Below are positions 40,949 to 51,899 of a DNA stretch of 64,000 bases, in pieces; the stretch's first letter is position 1, and each line of letters opens with the position of its first letter. Location of the stretch: assembly GCA_963422565.1 (NCBI GenBank), contig OY730228.1, forward strand, positions 321,802 through 385,801. Direction: 5' to 3'. The position numbers were made by a program, and so were the translations under genes. The notes under the pieces were generated by a model. That model saw only the letters and a list, made by a program, of their open reading frames with translations, was not told the DNA's origin and did no database searches. The DNA is from Alphaproteobacteria bacterium. GTDB taxonomy: Bacteria > Pseudomonadota > Alphaproteobacteria > MPNO01.

Positions 40949-41818
40949 TTATACGAACAACGCTTCGCCGGTGACGACCAGCTCGGGACACCGGTTGTGA
41001 TGAGTGTTCTTCATCGAGAGGCGCACGGCGTCAAACTGGTGCTCTTTCACCAAATCGACGATTTCCGGAGCCGCGTCATAGGTCATGAGGAAATTGGAAT
41101 CGTGATCGGCAAGGACTTGGAACAGCGCAGCGTGGTCGATTTCCGAATGCACATAAAGCCGCGATCCCGCCCGCTTGCCCCCTTGAGCCGTGTATGGAGG
41201 ATCGAGGAACACCGCCGCCCGGCGGCCCCATCCCTGCAAGAGCATCGGCAGGATCTTCAGCCCGTCGCCCTCGAAAAAAGCGATCCGATGAGCGTATTCC
41301 CGAATGGCGTCGATCCGCGCCACAAGCGTATCCGGGTACCATCGGGACAGTACGCCCTTGCCGTTTTCCCCATGGCGGCTAAACGACGCGCCGGGTGCAA
41401 GGATACCGCCCCGCCGCGTCCGGTTCAGGACAAGCGTCCGGAAACCATGTTCTTCCACCGTGCGCGGCGGCTCGTTCGCCAGCCGCAACAGGCTCTCATG
41501 CGTCGGCTCGAACTGCCTGATCCGTTTGCCGAGCGTTGCGCCGCTTTCGAATGCCGATCGCCAGAACGCCGCGACGTCGCGGTCGATCTCGATCATCACC
41601 GCGCTGGAAACAAGGTCTTCCATGATGGCGGTCAGGGAGACGATTGCGCCGCCCGCAAAGGGCTCGATCAGGATTTTCGGCTGCGTCTCGGTGAGCCAAT
41701 GCCGGATGTGAGGGATCAGCCACGTCTTGCCGCCGGGATAGCGGAGCGGGCTGCGCTGCGGGACCGTCGCGACATTGACGACCGGAATCCGTGATGACGG
41801 GAACGCCGGGGCGAGCAT
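40949..41818 (-). CDS. Dam-family (alpha-class, D12) N6-adenine DNA methyltransferase, orphan
   Basis: N-terminal RYPGGKTWLIPHI…EPFAGGAIV (AdoMet-binding) and VFLDPPY catalytic motif. 289 aa. No restriction-endonuclease partner visible. Confidence 0.85.
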   Translation of the reverse strand: MLAPAFPSSRIPVVNVATVPQRSPLRYPGGKTWLIPHIRHWLTETQPKILIEPFAGGAIVSLTAIMEDLVSSAVMIEIDRDVAAFWRSAFESGATLGKRIRQFEPTHESLLRLANEPPRTVEEHGFRTLVLNRTRRGGILAPGASFSRHGENGKGVLSRWYPDTLVARIDAIREYAHRIAFFEGDGLKILPMLLQGWGRRAAVFLDPPYTAQGGKRAGSRLYVHSEIDHAALFQVLADHDSNFLMTYDAAPEIVDLVKEHQFDAVRLSMKNTHHNRCPELVVTGEALFV

Positions 41819-41827
41819 GATCCCGCC

Positions 41828-42016
41828 CTATGCGGTGAGATCGCGGTGGTCGAGCCGCTTCCCCGCCATGTCCGCGGCGACGGCTCCCGTCATGTCGCCC
41901 GTCGTGTCGCCCGTCATGTCGATGGTGTCGGCGTCCCGCATGTCATAGCGTCCGGCAGACTCGGCGATGTGGCGATCCGCGTGCCTGGCGCCGGGGAACG
42001 TCTTGATGGGCTTCAT
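41828..42016 (-). CDS. small hypothetical protein (62 aa) with DMTG repeats, 9 nt upstream of and co-oriented with the Dam gene
   Basis: ATG at 42016 preceded by GAGAGGGGA. MKPIKTFPGARHADRHIAESAGRYDMRDADTIDMTGDTTGDMTGAVAADMAGKRLDHRDLTA. It is the only plausibly real part of the giant ORF 41828..46918. Confidence 0.3.
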   Translation of the reverse strand: MKPIKTFPGARHADRHIAESAGRYDMRDADTIDMTGDTTGDMTGAVAADMAGKRLDHRDLTA

Positions 42017-42491
42017 GAGGCCGATCCCCTCTCGGCGGCTCTTCCCCACTGCCTTCCGGCCCATGTTCCGACTCCATGTTTTCGAGACTGTAAAATAACC
42101 GTTCGGGGCGGATCCGGACGAGGATTTCATGGGTGGGCCTGTCGCCGACGACATGGGGCAGGTGGCGGTCCCGAGGTACCGCGCGGGGCTTCGCCGTCCC
42201 CGTCGAATGCCGGAACCGAAGGCGGCGGACCATGGCCCTGTGACGCGCGTCGGCGAGGTGCGGTTCAATCGCGCCATGACGGTCCCCGACCGCATCCCCG
42301 CTGCCAGGAGTCCCGTGATGATCGCCCTCGACGACTGGATCGACACTGTTCGCACCGGCGCCCGTCCGGGAGCGGTATCGCGTCCGCCGGCAGGTCCGAC
42401 CGGTCTTCGGACGCATCGAGCCTCCGGAGGAGCCGACCCGCCATGCCGCGGCGGCTTCCCCCCGGGGATGCCGCTCGGAGGCATCGCCGAC

Positions 42492-42704
42492 CGACAATTC
42501 TCGTTCTGGCGCCCCGGGAGCCGGTCTGCGCCGGCATTGCGGCCCACATCGTCGTCCGTTTCTCGAGGAAGGGACCCCCCGGCCCGGGCCTCCCCCTCGA
42601 GGGGGAGGCGAACCCCGTCGCTCGAGAGAGGAGGCAGGAGGAGGGCGGCCGCCCAGCCGGTCCTATTCCCCAAAACGAGAATTGCCGCCCGCGCCGGTGC
42701 CCGG
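42492..42704. repeat. copy B of the RIME/MITE-like repeat, with about 20-nt terminal inverted repeats and a palindromic core
   Basis: cgacaattctcgttctggcg …156 nt… ccccaaaacgagaattgccg (17 of 20 complementary). Interior contains CCCCCTCGAGGGGG. Confidence 0.6.
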
Positions 42705-42763
42705 ATTGGCGCTGCCCGGCCCCGCTGATAGGGTCCGCGGCGTTCGGGCCGCAGCGAGACGCC

Positions 42764-44770
42764 ATGCACGATATCGTCCGTCTGGAACTCATCCGCGAAT
42801 CTCTGATCGCGGTCGTCAACGAGATGAGAGCCAACATCATCCATTCGTCCTACGCGCCGATCATCTACGAGGGGCATGATTTCTCCTGTGCCCTGATGTC
42901 GGCGGACGGGCGCCAGATCGCCCAGGGCCTGGCCGATCACCCGCTTCACATCTTCGCCGTCCCCTATTCGACCCGCAGGGTCGTCGAAGCCTTCGCCGGG
43001 GATATCGGCGAGGGGGATCTCTTCCTCCACAACGACCCCTATACTGGCGGGACCCATCTCAACGATGTCCTGATGCTGCAACCGGTCTTCCACGCCGGCC
43101 GGCTCGCCATGTTCGCCGCGATCCGCTGCCACTGGAACGATGTCGGCGGCATGACGCCGGGCAGCCTGTCCGGTCGGGTCAACGAAATCTACCAGGAGGG
43201 GATCCGGATCGCGCCAACGCGCATCGCGGTCGACGGCGTTCTCAACGAGGCGTTTCTCGCGCTCCTGTTCGACAACATGCGGGGCCGCAACGAGCGGCTG
43301 GGCGACTTCAACGCGATGCTCGGGACCGGCCGCAAAGCGGTCGAGCATCTCCATCGGCTGTTCGCCCGCTTCGGCGGCGGCGCCCTGCTCGACGGGGTGG
43401 AGGAGCTGATCCGCCGGTCCGCGCGGCGGATGCGCATGCGGATCGCTGAATGCCCGGACGGCGAATATTTTGCCGAAGGCTATGCCGAGAGCGACGGCAC
43501 CAACCCCGATCCGCTGGCCGTCCGACTGAGGCTCGCCGTCGCCGGAGAGCGCATCACCGCCGATTTCACCGGCAGTTCGGCGCAGACCGACGGACCGACC
43601 AATTGCGGACCAGCGATGGCGCTCAACGCCGTCGGCACCATCTGCAAGGCGTTTCTGGATCCCCGGACGCCCATCAATCACGGCTCGTTCGAGCCGATCG
43701 AGGTCATCGCGCCGGAGCGCAGCTTCATCAACGCCCGGGAGACCGCGCCCTGCGGCGGCATGGCCGAGGTCAAGTTCCTCATGGATTCGGTGGTCGCGGC
43801 GGCCATGTGCCAGATCGTTCCGGAGATGAGCGTCGGCGACCTCAAGGGCGGCGCGAATCATGTCATCGTCTCCGGCTCCGCCGACGGCGGATCCTACATC
43901 CATTACGAATGGCCGGCCGGCGGCACCGGGGCCACGGTCGGGGCGGACGGCAACAACGCGACGCGGAGCTACAACGAAGGCGATTTCAACTCGATCCAGT
44001 CGGTGGAGACCGTCGAAGCCGCGTTCCCGCTGCGTATCGAGCGCTGCGAGCTCCGCGCGGGCGGCTGCGGCGACGGAACGCATCGGGGCGGGTTTGGCCT
44101 CCGCAGGGAGGTGTGCGTCCTCGGCGACGCGGCGATGCTGTCGGTTCTGTCGGAGAAGAACCGCATTCCTCCCTACGGCGTGAACGGCGGGCGCCCCGGC
44201 GCCGCAAATCGCTTCACCGTCTTGCGAAACGGCGAGATCGTCGAGCCGTCCGCCATTCCGGGGAAGGTCTCGGGGTTTCGGCTCCGGCGCGGGGATGTCG
44301 TACGCGAGGAGACCGCCGGCGGCGGCGGTTGCGGCGATCCGCTGGTGCGCCGGCCCGAACGGGTGCTGGAAGACGTCGAAGACGGCTATCTGAGTCGGGC
44401 CGACGCCGGATCGCGCTACGGCGTGGTCCTGACGGAGGACGGCGTCCTGGATGAAGCGGCGACCCGTGCCAAGCGCGCCGCGCTGCGCTCCGGCCGCGTC
44501 GAATTGCGTCTGGAAGCGGCCAACGAGGAGCTGTTCGACGGGCCGCGGCGACAGGTGGTCGTGCCTGCCGAAAACGCCGACGCGGCGGGGATCGGCGAGA
44601 ACGATCTGGTGGAGATGGATAGCGGATCGGGGCCGCCGCTTCGCGCTTGGGCACGGGTCGGGGGGGCGGGACGGGCTCTCCTGGTCGGTCCCTCCGCCCT
44701 CGGGATCATGCGCGCCTCGCCGGGTGACATGGTGGAGCTTCGGCCCGCCGCGCCCTTCCCCGGATACTGA
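42764..44770 (+). CDS. hyuB: hydantoinase B / 5-oxoprolinase / ATP-dependent lactamase beta-type subunit
   Basis: ATG at 42764. MHDIVRLELIRESLIAVVNEMRANIIHSSYAPIIYEGHDFSCAL is a canonical HyuB N-terminus. 668 aa. The 306-aa in-frame upstream extension is rejected. Confidence 0.85.
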   Translation: MHDIVRLELIRESLIAVVNEMRANIIHSSYAPIIYEGHDFSCALMSADGRQIAQGLADHPLHIFAVPYSTRRVVEAFAGDIGEGDLFLHNDPYTGGTHLNDVLMLQPVFHAGRLAMFAAIRCHWNDVGGMTPGSLSGRVNEIYQEGIRIAPTRIAVDGVLNEAFLALLFDNMRGRNERLGDFNAMLGTGRKAVEHLHRLFARFGGGALLDGVEELIRRSARRMRMRIAECPDGEYFAEGYAESDGTNPDPLAVRLRLAVAGERITADFTGSSAQTDGPTNCGPAMALNAVGTICKAFLDPRTPINHGSFEPIEVIAPERSFINARETAPCGGMAEVKFLMDSVVAAAMCQIVPEMSVGDLKGGANHVIVSGSADGGSYIHYEWPAGGTGATVGADGNNATRSYNEGDFNSIQSVETVEAAFPLRIERCELRAGGCGDGTHRGGFGLRREVCVLGDAAMLSVLSEKNRIPPYGVNGGRPGAANRFTVLRNGEIVEPSAIPGKVSGFRLRRGDVVREETAGGGGCGDPLVRRPERVLEDVEDGYLSRADAGSRYGVVLTEDGVLDEAATRAKRAALRSGRVELRLEAANEELFDGPRRQVVVPAENADAAGIGENDLVEMDSGSGPPLRAWARVGGAGRALLVGPSALGIMRASPGDMVELRPAAPFPGY

Positions 44771-44863
44771 AAAGAAGCGCGGGGCGTCTCCGGTGGACAC
44801 GGATTCTTCTCGCGCCCGGCGGGCGGTCGATCGCGCGCAGGTCTCCCGGCCGGAGCGCCCGCG

Positions 44864-46957
44864 TTGACCATGAATCCTCCGCAGCCCCGTTACCGCATCG
44901 GCGTGGATGTGGGTGGGACGTTCACCGATATCATCTGTCTGGACGGCGAGAGCCGGGCGCTTCTGTCCGCCAAGGTACCGTCGATCCCGGACCGCCAATG
45001 GCGCGGGGTTCTCGAAGCCCTGTCGGAGATCGGGATCGCCGGCGATGCGATCCTCGGCTTCGTTCACGGCACGACCATCGCGACCAATACGCTGCTCGAG
45101 CGGCGCGGCGCGCGGACGGCGCTGGTGACCACCGAGGGGTTCCGCGACACGCTCGAAATAGGGCGCACGCGGCGGCTGATCGGCGGCCTGTTCGACATAC
45201 GTTTTTCCCGGCCGAAGCCATTGGTGCCCCGACGGCTGCGCTTCGAGGTCGGCGAGCGCATGGCGGCCGACGGCTCGGTGCTGCGCGAAGTGGACGAGGA
45301 CGGGCTGACGGAGACCGCCCGACGGATCCGCGAAGCGGGAGCGGACGCGGTTGCGGTCTGCTTCGTCAACGCCTATGTCGACGATGGCAACGAGCGGCGC
45401 GCCGGCGAGATTCTCGGCGCCGCGCTGGACGGGCTGCCGATCTCGGAGTCGGCCGCCGTCGTCCGGGAGCGCGGCGAATTCGAACGCTTCTCCACCTGCG
45501 TCCTGAACGCCTATCTCACCCCCGTCATCCGCTCCTATCTGGCGCGGCTGGCGGGAGCGCTGCGCGCAAGCGGGATCGCGGCGCCGGTCGCGATCATGGG
45601 CTCCAACGGCGGTGCGATGACCCTCGCAAAGGCAGCCGGGTTTGCCGTCGGGACCTTTCTCTCCGGTCCGGTCGGTGGCGTGGTCGGCGCGGTCCGGATC
45701 TGCGAGATGGCGGGGGTCGACGGCTGCATCACTTTCGACATGGGGGGAACTTCCACCGATGTCGCTCTGATCCACGGCTCCGTCCCCCGAATCAGCCATG
45801 CCAACCAGATCGATGCCTATCCGCTCCAGGCGCCGCAGCTCGACATCCACACCATCGGCGCCGGCGGCGGCAGCATCGCCCGTCTGCGGGAGGACGGAGC
45901 GCTCGATATCGGACCCGAGAGCGCGGGGGCGGTGCCGGGTCCCGCCTGCTACGGGCGCGGCGGCGTCGAGCCGACCATTTCGGATGCGAACCTGTTGCTC
46001 GGCCGCTTGTCGACGACGCGGGGCCTCGCCGGCGGTCTTCGGCTGTCGCGGCGCCGCGCCGAGACCGCCTTTCGGATCCTCGCAGATCGGTTGGGCGGGG
46101 CAGGGGACCTCGTCGCCCTCGCCGACGGCACCATCAGGATCGCCGTCGCCAAGATGGCGGGGGCGGTTCGCGAGGTGACCGTTCACCGCGGGTTCGACCC
46201 GCGCGATTTCGCCCTGCTGGGCTTCGGCGGCGCCGGCCCGATGCACGTCTTTCTGGTCGCCGAGGAACTCGGCATCCCGAGGGTGCTGATCCCTCGGCTG
46301 CCGGGCCATCTTTCCGCCCTCGGTCAACTGCTCGCGGATCACCGACGCGATGTCGTCCGCGCCTGGGGCGGCCATGTCTCCGCCCTCGATATCGACGCCT
46401 ACCGCGCCCAGGCGGAAGCGATGCGCGAGGAAGCGTCCAGCCTGTTGACGGCGGACGGCTTCGCCCCCGCGCGCCAGGACCATGGATTCAGCCTGGACAT
46501 GCGCTATGTCGGACAGTCCTACACGTTGGCGGTGCCCTGCGACCCCGAATCGAGTGCCTGGCACGGCATCCGCCAAGCTTTCGGCGCGCGGCACGCTGCG
46601 GCGTTCGGCCACGACGACGACGCGTCCGAGGCCGAGATCGTCAACGTCCGATTGGTCTCGCGGGGCCTGACCGAGAAGCCCGACCTCTCCTTCGCCCCGG
46701 AGCGGTCGGGCCCGTCGCTCATCGAATCGAGACCGGTCTGGTTCGACGGGTGCTGGGCCGACTGCCCCGTCCATGACCGCGCGGCGCTGGCCGCGGATTC
46801 GGTTCTGGACGGCCCGGCGATCGTCGAGGAGCCCGGCGGTACGGCGATAGTGCCGCCCTCCTGGCGGGTTCGGGTTCATGGGTCGGGAACGCTGGATTGC
46901 CGCTCGACGGCGGGGCATTATGGCGGATCGAACCGAGCGACGGAGCGCGAATCATGA
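44864..46957 (+). CDS. hyuA: hydantoinase A / 5-oxoprolinase / ATP-dependent lactamase alpha-type subunit
   Basis: RIGVDVGGTFTDIIC ASKHA ATPase start. 697 aa. Confidence 0.85.
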   Translation: MTMNPPQPRYRIGVDVGGTFTDIICLDGESRALLSAKVPSIPDRQWRGVLEALSEIGIAGDAILGFVHGTTIATNTLLERRGARTALVTTEGFRDTLEIGRTRRLIGGLFDIRFSRPKPLVPRRLRFEVGERMAADGSVLREVDEDGLTETARRIREAGADAVAVCFVNAYVDDGNERRAGEILGAALDGLPISESAAVVRERGEFERFSTCVLNAYLTPVIRSYLARLAGALRASGIAAPVAIMGSNGGAMTLAKAAGFAVGTFLSGPVGGVVGAVRICEMAGVDGCITFDMGGTSTDVALIHGSVPRISHANQIDAYPLQAPQLDIHTIGAGGGSIARLREDGALDIGPESAGAVPGPACYGRGGVEPTISDANLLLGRLSTTRGLAGGLRLSRRRAETAFRILADRLGGAGDLVALADGTIRIAVAKMAGAVREVTVHRGFDPRDFALLGFGGAGPMHVFLVAEELGIPRVLIPRLPGHLSALGQLLADHRRDVVRAWGGHVSALDIDAYRAQAEAMREEASSLLTADGFAPARQDHGFSLDMRYVGQSYTLAVPCDPESSAWHGIRQAFGARHAAAFGHDDDASEAEIVNVRLVSRGLTEKPDLSFAPERSGPSLIESRPVWFDGCWADCPVHDRAALAADSVLDGPAIVEEPGGTAIVPPSWRVRVHGSGTLDCRSTAGHYGGSNRATERES

Positions 46958-48297
46958 CGGCGGCAACCATCGCTGGGGGCGCGGTCTCCGAACCGGTAGA
47001 CTCAGAGAGGCGAACGCCGACGCAGGCGGACTATTTCGATGCCGCGCGCCGGATATTGCCGGGCGGCGCCTTCGGCAGCTACGCATTGCCCGAAGATGTC
47101 GGGTTGGTGATCCGCAAGGGGGCGGGCCCCCGTCTGCAGAACGTCGATGGGCGCTGGTATATCGATTATGTCTGCGGTGCGGGAGCGCTCATCCTCGGCC
47201 ACGCCCATCCGTCGATCGTCGAGGCAGCCCGGGACCAGGTGGGGGAGGGGCTGCATTTCTTCGGCAACCTGCACGAACCGGCGCTGCGACTCGCCGCGCG
47301 CCTGGTCGAGATCGTCCCCTGCGCCGAAAAGCTGATTTTTTCGACGACCGGCTCGGAGGCGACGGCCTATGCGCTCCGTCTCGCGCGCGCCCATACCGGC
47401 CGCGACAAGATCCTGAAGTTCGAAGGGGCGTTCCACGGCAACCACGACTACTCGATCTTCAGCATCGCGCCGTCCGCGCTCTCCAACTATCCGCACGGTC
47501 GGCCGGATTCGGCGGGCGTCCCGCGCCCGCTTCACGATACCGTCCTGGTCGCGCCCTATAACGATCTCGAAACGGTGCGGCGCATCGTCGAAGCGGAACG
47601 CGCCGATCTCGCCGCGATCATCGTCGAACCGGTCCAGCGCATCGTCTTTCCGCATCCGGACTTCCTTCCGGGTCTGCGAAAGATCTGCGACGACAACGAT
47701 GTAAGGCTCGTCTTCGACGAGGTCGTGACCGGGTTCCGGCTTGGACTCGGCGGCGCTCAAGCCTATTACGGCGTCACCCCGGATCTCGCGAGCTACGGCA
47801 AGATCGTCGGCGGCGGGGGTCCTCTGTCCTGCGTGGCCGGGCGGGCGGAGATCATCGATCTGGCCGATCCCGCGCGGCGCGGGGAGCCCGCCTTCGTCTA
47901 TGTGAACGGCACGCTTCACGGCAATCCGGTCGCCGCCGCGGCCGGGCTCGCGTCGCTGGAGATGCTCGAGCGCCCCGGCGTCTACGAGGAATTGCACGCG
48001 ACCTCCGTGGCCTTCCTGGCCGAGTGTCAGGCAATCATCGACCGGCACCGTCTGCCGGCCTTGGCGGCGGGCGAGGCCTCGCTGTGGCAGATACTGTTCC
48101 TGGATGTCCCTCCCGCGAGCCACGCCGACCTCATGCGCCAGGACACGGCGCGGGCGCGGGCGCTGGACCTCGAGCTCCTCCGCAACGGCGTCTGCGTCTT
48201 GCCCAACGTGCGCCGCTTCACCTCCCTCGTTCATGCGCCCGCCGAATACGAGGATACTCTCGGAGCGCTGGATGCGGCATGCCGCGCCATCGCCTGA
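46954..48297 (+). CDS. class III (omega-) aminotransferase, PLP-dependent
   Basis: ATG overlaps the hyuA stop (ATGA). …FDEVVTGFRLGLGGAQAYYGVTPDLASYGKIVGGG… 448 aa. Confidence 0.85.
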   Translation: MTAATIAGGAVSEPVDSERRTPTQADYFDAARRILPGGAFGSYALPEDVGLVIRKGAGPRLQNVDGRWYIDYVCGAGALILGHAHPSIVEAARDQVGEGLHFFGNLHEPALRLAARLVEIVPCAEKLIFSTTGSEATAYALRLARAHTGRDKILKFEGAFHGNHDYSIFSIAPSALSNYPHGRPDSAGVPRPLHDTVLVAPYNDLETVRRIVEAERADLAAIIVEPVQRIVFPHPDFLPGLRKICDDNDVRLVFDEVVTGFRLGLGGAQAYYGVTPDLASYGKIVGGGGPLSCVAGRAEIIDLADPARRGEPAFVYVNGTLHGNPVAAAAGLASLEMLERPGVYEELHATSVAFLAECQAIIDRHRLPALAAGEASLWQILFLDVPPASHADLMRQDTARARALDLELLRNGVCVLPNVRRFTSLVHAPAEYEDTLGALDAACRAIA

Positions 48298-48992
48298 CGC
48301 CCGGCGCCGTCAAGGGCGGCGCCGTTCTTTTCTCCGAGATGACGCCGGCCCCGGGCGACGATGCGCGGTTCAACGACTGGTACGACCGGCATCACACGCC
48401 GAACCATGTCGGCGGCGTCCCGGGTTTTCTGAGCGCGCATCGCTACGAGGCAGTCGACGGTGACGGCTACTGCGCCGTCTACGAACTCGTCGATCCGGAC
48501 GTTCTGGAGAGCGGCGAGTACCGGGTGCGGAAATACGCGCCGGACGACCGTACCCGCGCCATGCTCGCATCCGTCTCCGGCTTCACCCGCTATATCGGGA
48601 AGGAGATCGCCTGCTTCGGCGACGCCGAAGACGGGCTCGACGCCGAGACCCTGCTCGCCGTCTTCTACGTCGCCGGCGGCGACGACCGTGCCGCGTTGAT
48701 CCGCTGGCACGAGATCGAGCACTGCCCGCTGCTCCCGGTGGGGGCGGACTGGCTGATGTCGCGGATGTTGGACGTGACGGCGTATGATCCGCGGCCGTTC
48801 ACCGTCATGGTGCTGCACTATCTCGGGGGCTCGGCAGCGCGCGGTGCGCTCCGGACCGTCGAGGCGCATTCCGCGGAATGCCGCAGGCGTCTTTCGCCGA
48901 CGAGCCGTCCGGCGCCGCATTGCGTGCGATACCGAAGGCGCGGAAGGCGATTCCTGAAGACCGATACCCGACCGATGGGAGAGAAGACATGA
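48279..48992 (+). CDS. hypothetical protein, tandem dimeric alpha+beta barrel (DUF4286/EthD-like) repeats
   Basis: FNDWYDRHHTPNHVGGVPGFLSAHRYEAV… repeated in the second half. ATG at 48279 overlaps the aminotransferase 3' end. Stop overlaps the next start (ATGA). Confidence 0.5.
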   Translation: MPRHRLTPGAVKGGAVLFSEMTPAPGDDARFNDWYDRHHTPNHVGGVPGFLSAHRYEAVDGDGYCAVYELVDPDVLESGEYRVRKYAPDDRTRAMLASVSGFTRYIGKEIACFGDAEDGLDAETLLAVFYVAGGDDRAALIRWHEIEHCPLLPVGADWLMSRMLDVTAYDPRPFTVMVLHYLGGSAARGALRTVEAHSAECRRRLSPTSRPAPHCVRYRRRGRRFLKTDTRPMGEKT

Positions 48993-49366
48993 GCGATCGA
49001 TACGAAGCAGGCCTCGAGATGCGCCGCAGCACGCTGGGCGCGGAATGGGTCGACCCGCAGCTCGAGCGGGCCAAGGAGGACGATTTCGTCGACACGATAC
49101 AGCGGCATGTCACCGAACATTGCTGGGGCTTGGTGTGGACCCGGCCCGGCCTCGACCGCAAGACCCGTTCGATGCTGACGCTGGCGATCTTGACGACCCT
49201 CGGCAAGATGACCGAGCTCAAGGGTCATGTGCGCGGCGCCTTGAACAACGGCTGCACCGTCGAGGAGATTCGCGAGGTGCTGCTTCACGCCACGATCTAT
49301 GCCGGGGTGCCGGCCGGGGTGGACGCCTTCCGCAACGCCAAGGAAGCGCTCGACTCCGCGACGTAG
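48989..49366 (+). CDS. carboxymuconolactone decarboxylase family protein (PcaC-like)
   Basis: …NNGCTVEEIREVLLHATIYAGVPAGVDAF. 125 aa. GGGAGAGAAG RBS. Confidence 0.8.
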   Translation: MSDRYEAGLEMRRSTLGAEWVDPQLERAKEDDFVDTIQRHVTEHCWGLVWTRPGLDRKTRSMLTLAILTTLGKMTELKGHVRGALNNGCTVEEIREVLLHATIYAGVPAGVDAFRNAKEALDSAT

Positions 49367-49384
49367 GGGCCCGCGCGTCCGGCG

Positions 49385-50869
<1,485 letters not shown>

Positions 50870-50871
50870 GG

Positions 50872-51840
50872 ATGGCCGCGGTCGAGACCGGCGCGAGACG
50901 GCGCGGGGCGGGCTGGCTCTGGGGGCAGATTCCGCTTCTCGCTCTGATCGCGGTCTGCCTCGCGGCGGCGGCGATGTCGGACCGGTTCCTCTCGCCGATC
51001 AACATCAACAACGTGCTGCTGCAGGGCGCGGTGATGACGGTGATCGCGATCGGCATGACCTATGTGATCATCTGCGGCGGCTTCGATCTCTCGGTCGGCT
51101 CTGTCGTGGCGCTCTCGGGCTGCCTCGCGGCCGCTGTCATGCTCGAGGCGGGCATCGTCCTCGGGGTCGCCGCGGGGATCGCGGTCGGGGCGGTGGTCGG
51201 GCTCGTCAACGGGATGATCGTCACCCGCCTCGACGTCAACCCGTTCATCGCGACGCTGGCGACGATGGTGCTGTTTCGCGGCGCGACGCTCCTCTTCACC
51301 GGCGGCCGGCCGATCGTGGGCGAGGAGGGCCTCCCGGAACCCTTCATCGCGTTCGGTCTGACCCGTCTGTTCGGAATTCCCTGGCTGGTCTGGCTGCCGA
51401 TCCTGGTGTTCGTCGTCTTCCACTGGATGCTGCATCGGACGCCCTACGGCATTCGCGTCTTCGCCACCGGCGGCAATAGCGAGGCGGCGCATCTGGCCGG
51501 GATCGCGGTCGCGCGGGTGCGAACCTCCGCATATGTCTGGTGCGGAACGCTCGCCGGGCTTGGCGGGGTGATGCTGGCCTCCCGCGTCCAGTCCGGCCAG
51601 CCGACCGCCGGGCTGTTCTACGAACTCACGGCGATCGCCGCCGTCGTGCTCGGCGGCGCGTCGCTGTTCGGAGGCGAGGGCAGGCTCTACAAGTCGGTCA
51701 TCGGCGTTTTCATCATGGTCGTGCTGGCCAACGCGCTGAACCTCGCCGGCGTTCATTCCTACTGGCAGCAGGTGGCGGTGGGAGTCGTGCTGGTGGCCGC
51801 CGCCGCCGCGGACCGTTTGCGCCGCGGCCGGCGGGTGTAA
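50872..51840 (+). CDS. ABC transporter permease (ribose/monosaccharide type)
   Basis: ATG at 50872, 2 nt after the ATPase stop. 322 aa polytopic. Confidence 0.85.
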   Translation: MAAVETGARRRGAGWLWGQIPLLALIAVCLAAAAMSDRFLSPININNVLLQGAVMTVIAIGMTYVIICGGFDLSVGSVVALSGCLAAAVMLEAGIVLGVAAGIAVGAVVGLVNGMIVTRLDVNPFIATLATMVLFRGATLLFTGGRPIVGEEGLPEPFIAFGLTRLFGIPWLVWLPILVFVVFHWMLHRTPYGIRVFATGGNSEAAHLAGIAVARVRTSAYVWCGTLAGLGGVMLASRVQSGQPTAGLFYELTAIAAVVLGGASLFGGEGRLYKSVIGVFIMVVLANALNLAGVHSYWQQVAVGVVLVAAAAADRLRRGRRV

Positions 51841-51899
51841 GGTGTAATTCGAGCGCGGCCGGTCTACACTGCCCGGAAGCAAGAGGGAGAGGCTGGAAG

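Noticed and set aside
41846-42763. 306-aa in-frame N-terminal extension of hyuB in the ORF track
   Set aside because: The HyuB homology begins exactly at the ATG at 42764 (MHDIVRLELIRESL…). The upstream stretch is intergenic, contains repeat copy B, and its translation is low-complexity.
41828-46918. 1696-aa stop-free ORF on the minus strand spanning the whole hyuB-hyuA region
   Set aside because: Antisense to two well-supported hydantoinase genes, with arginine/glycine/proline-rich low-complexity translation typical of GC-rich antisense frames. Only its last 62 codons (41828-42016, outside hyuB) are kept as a possible small gene.
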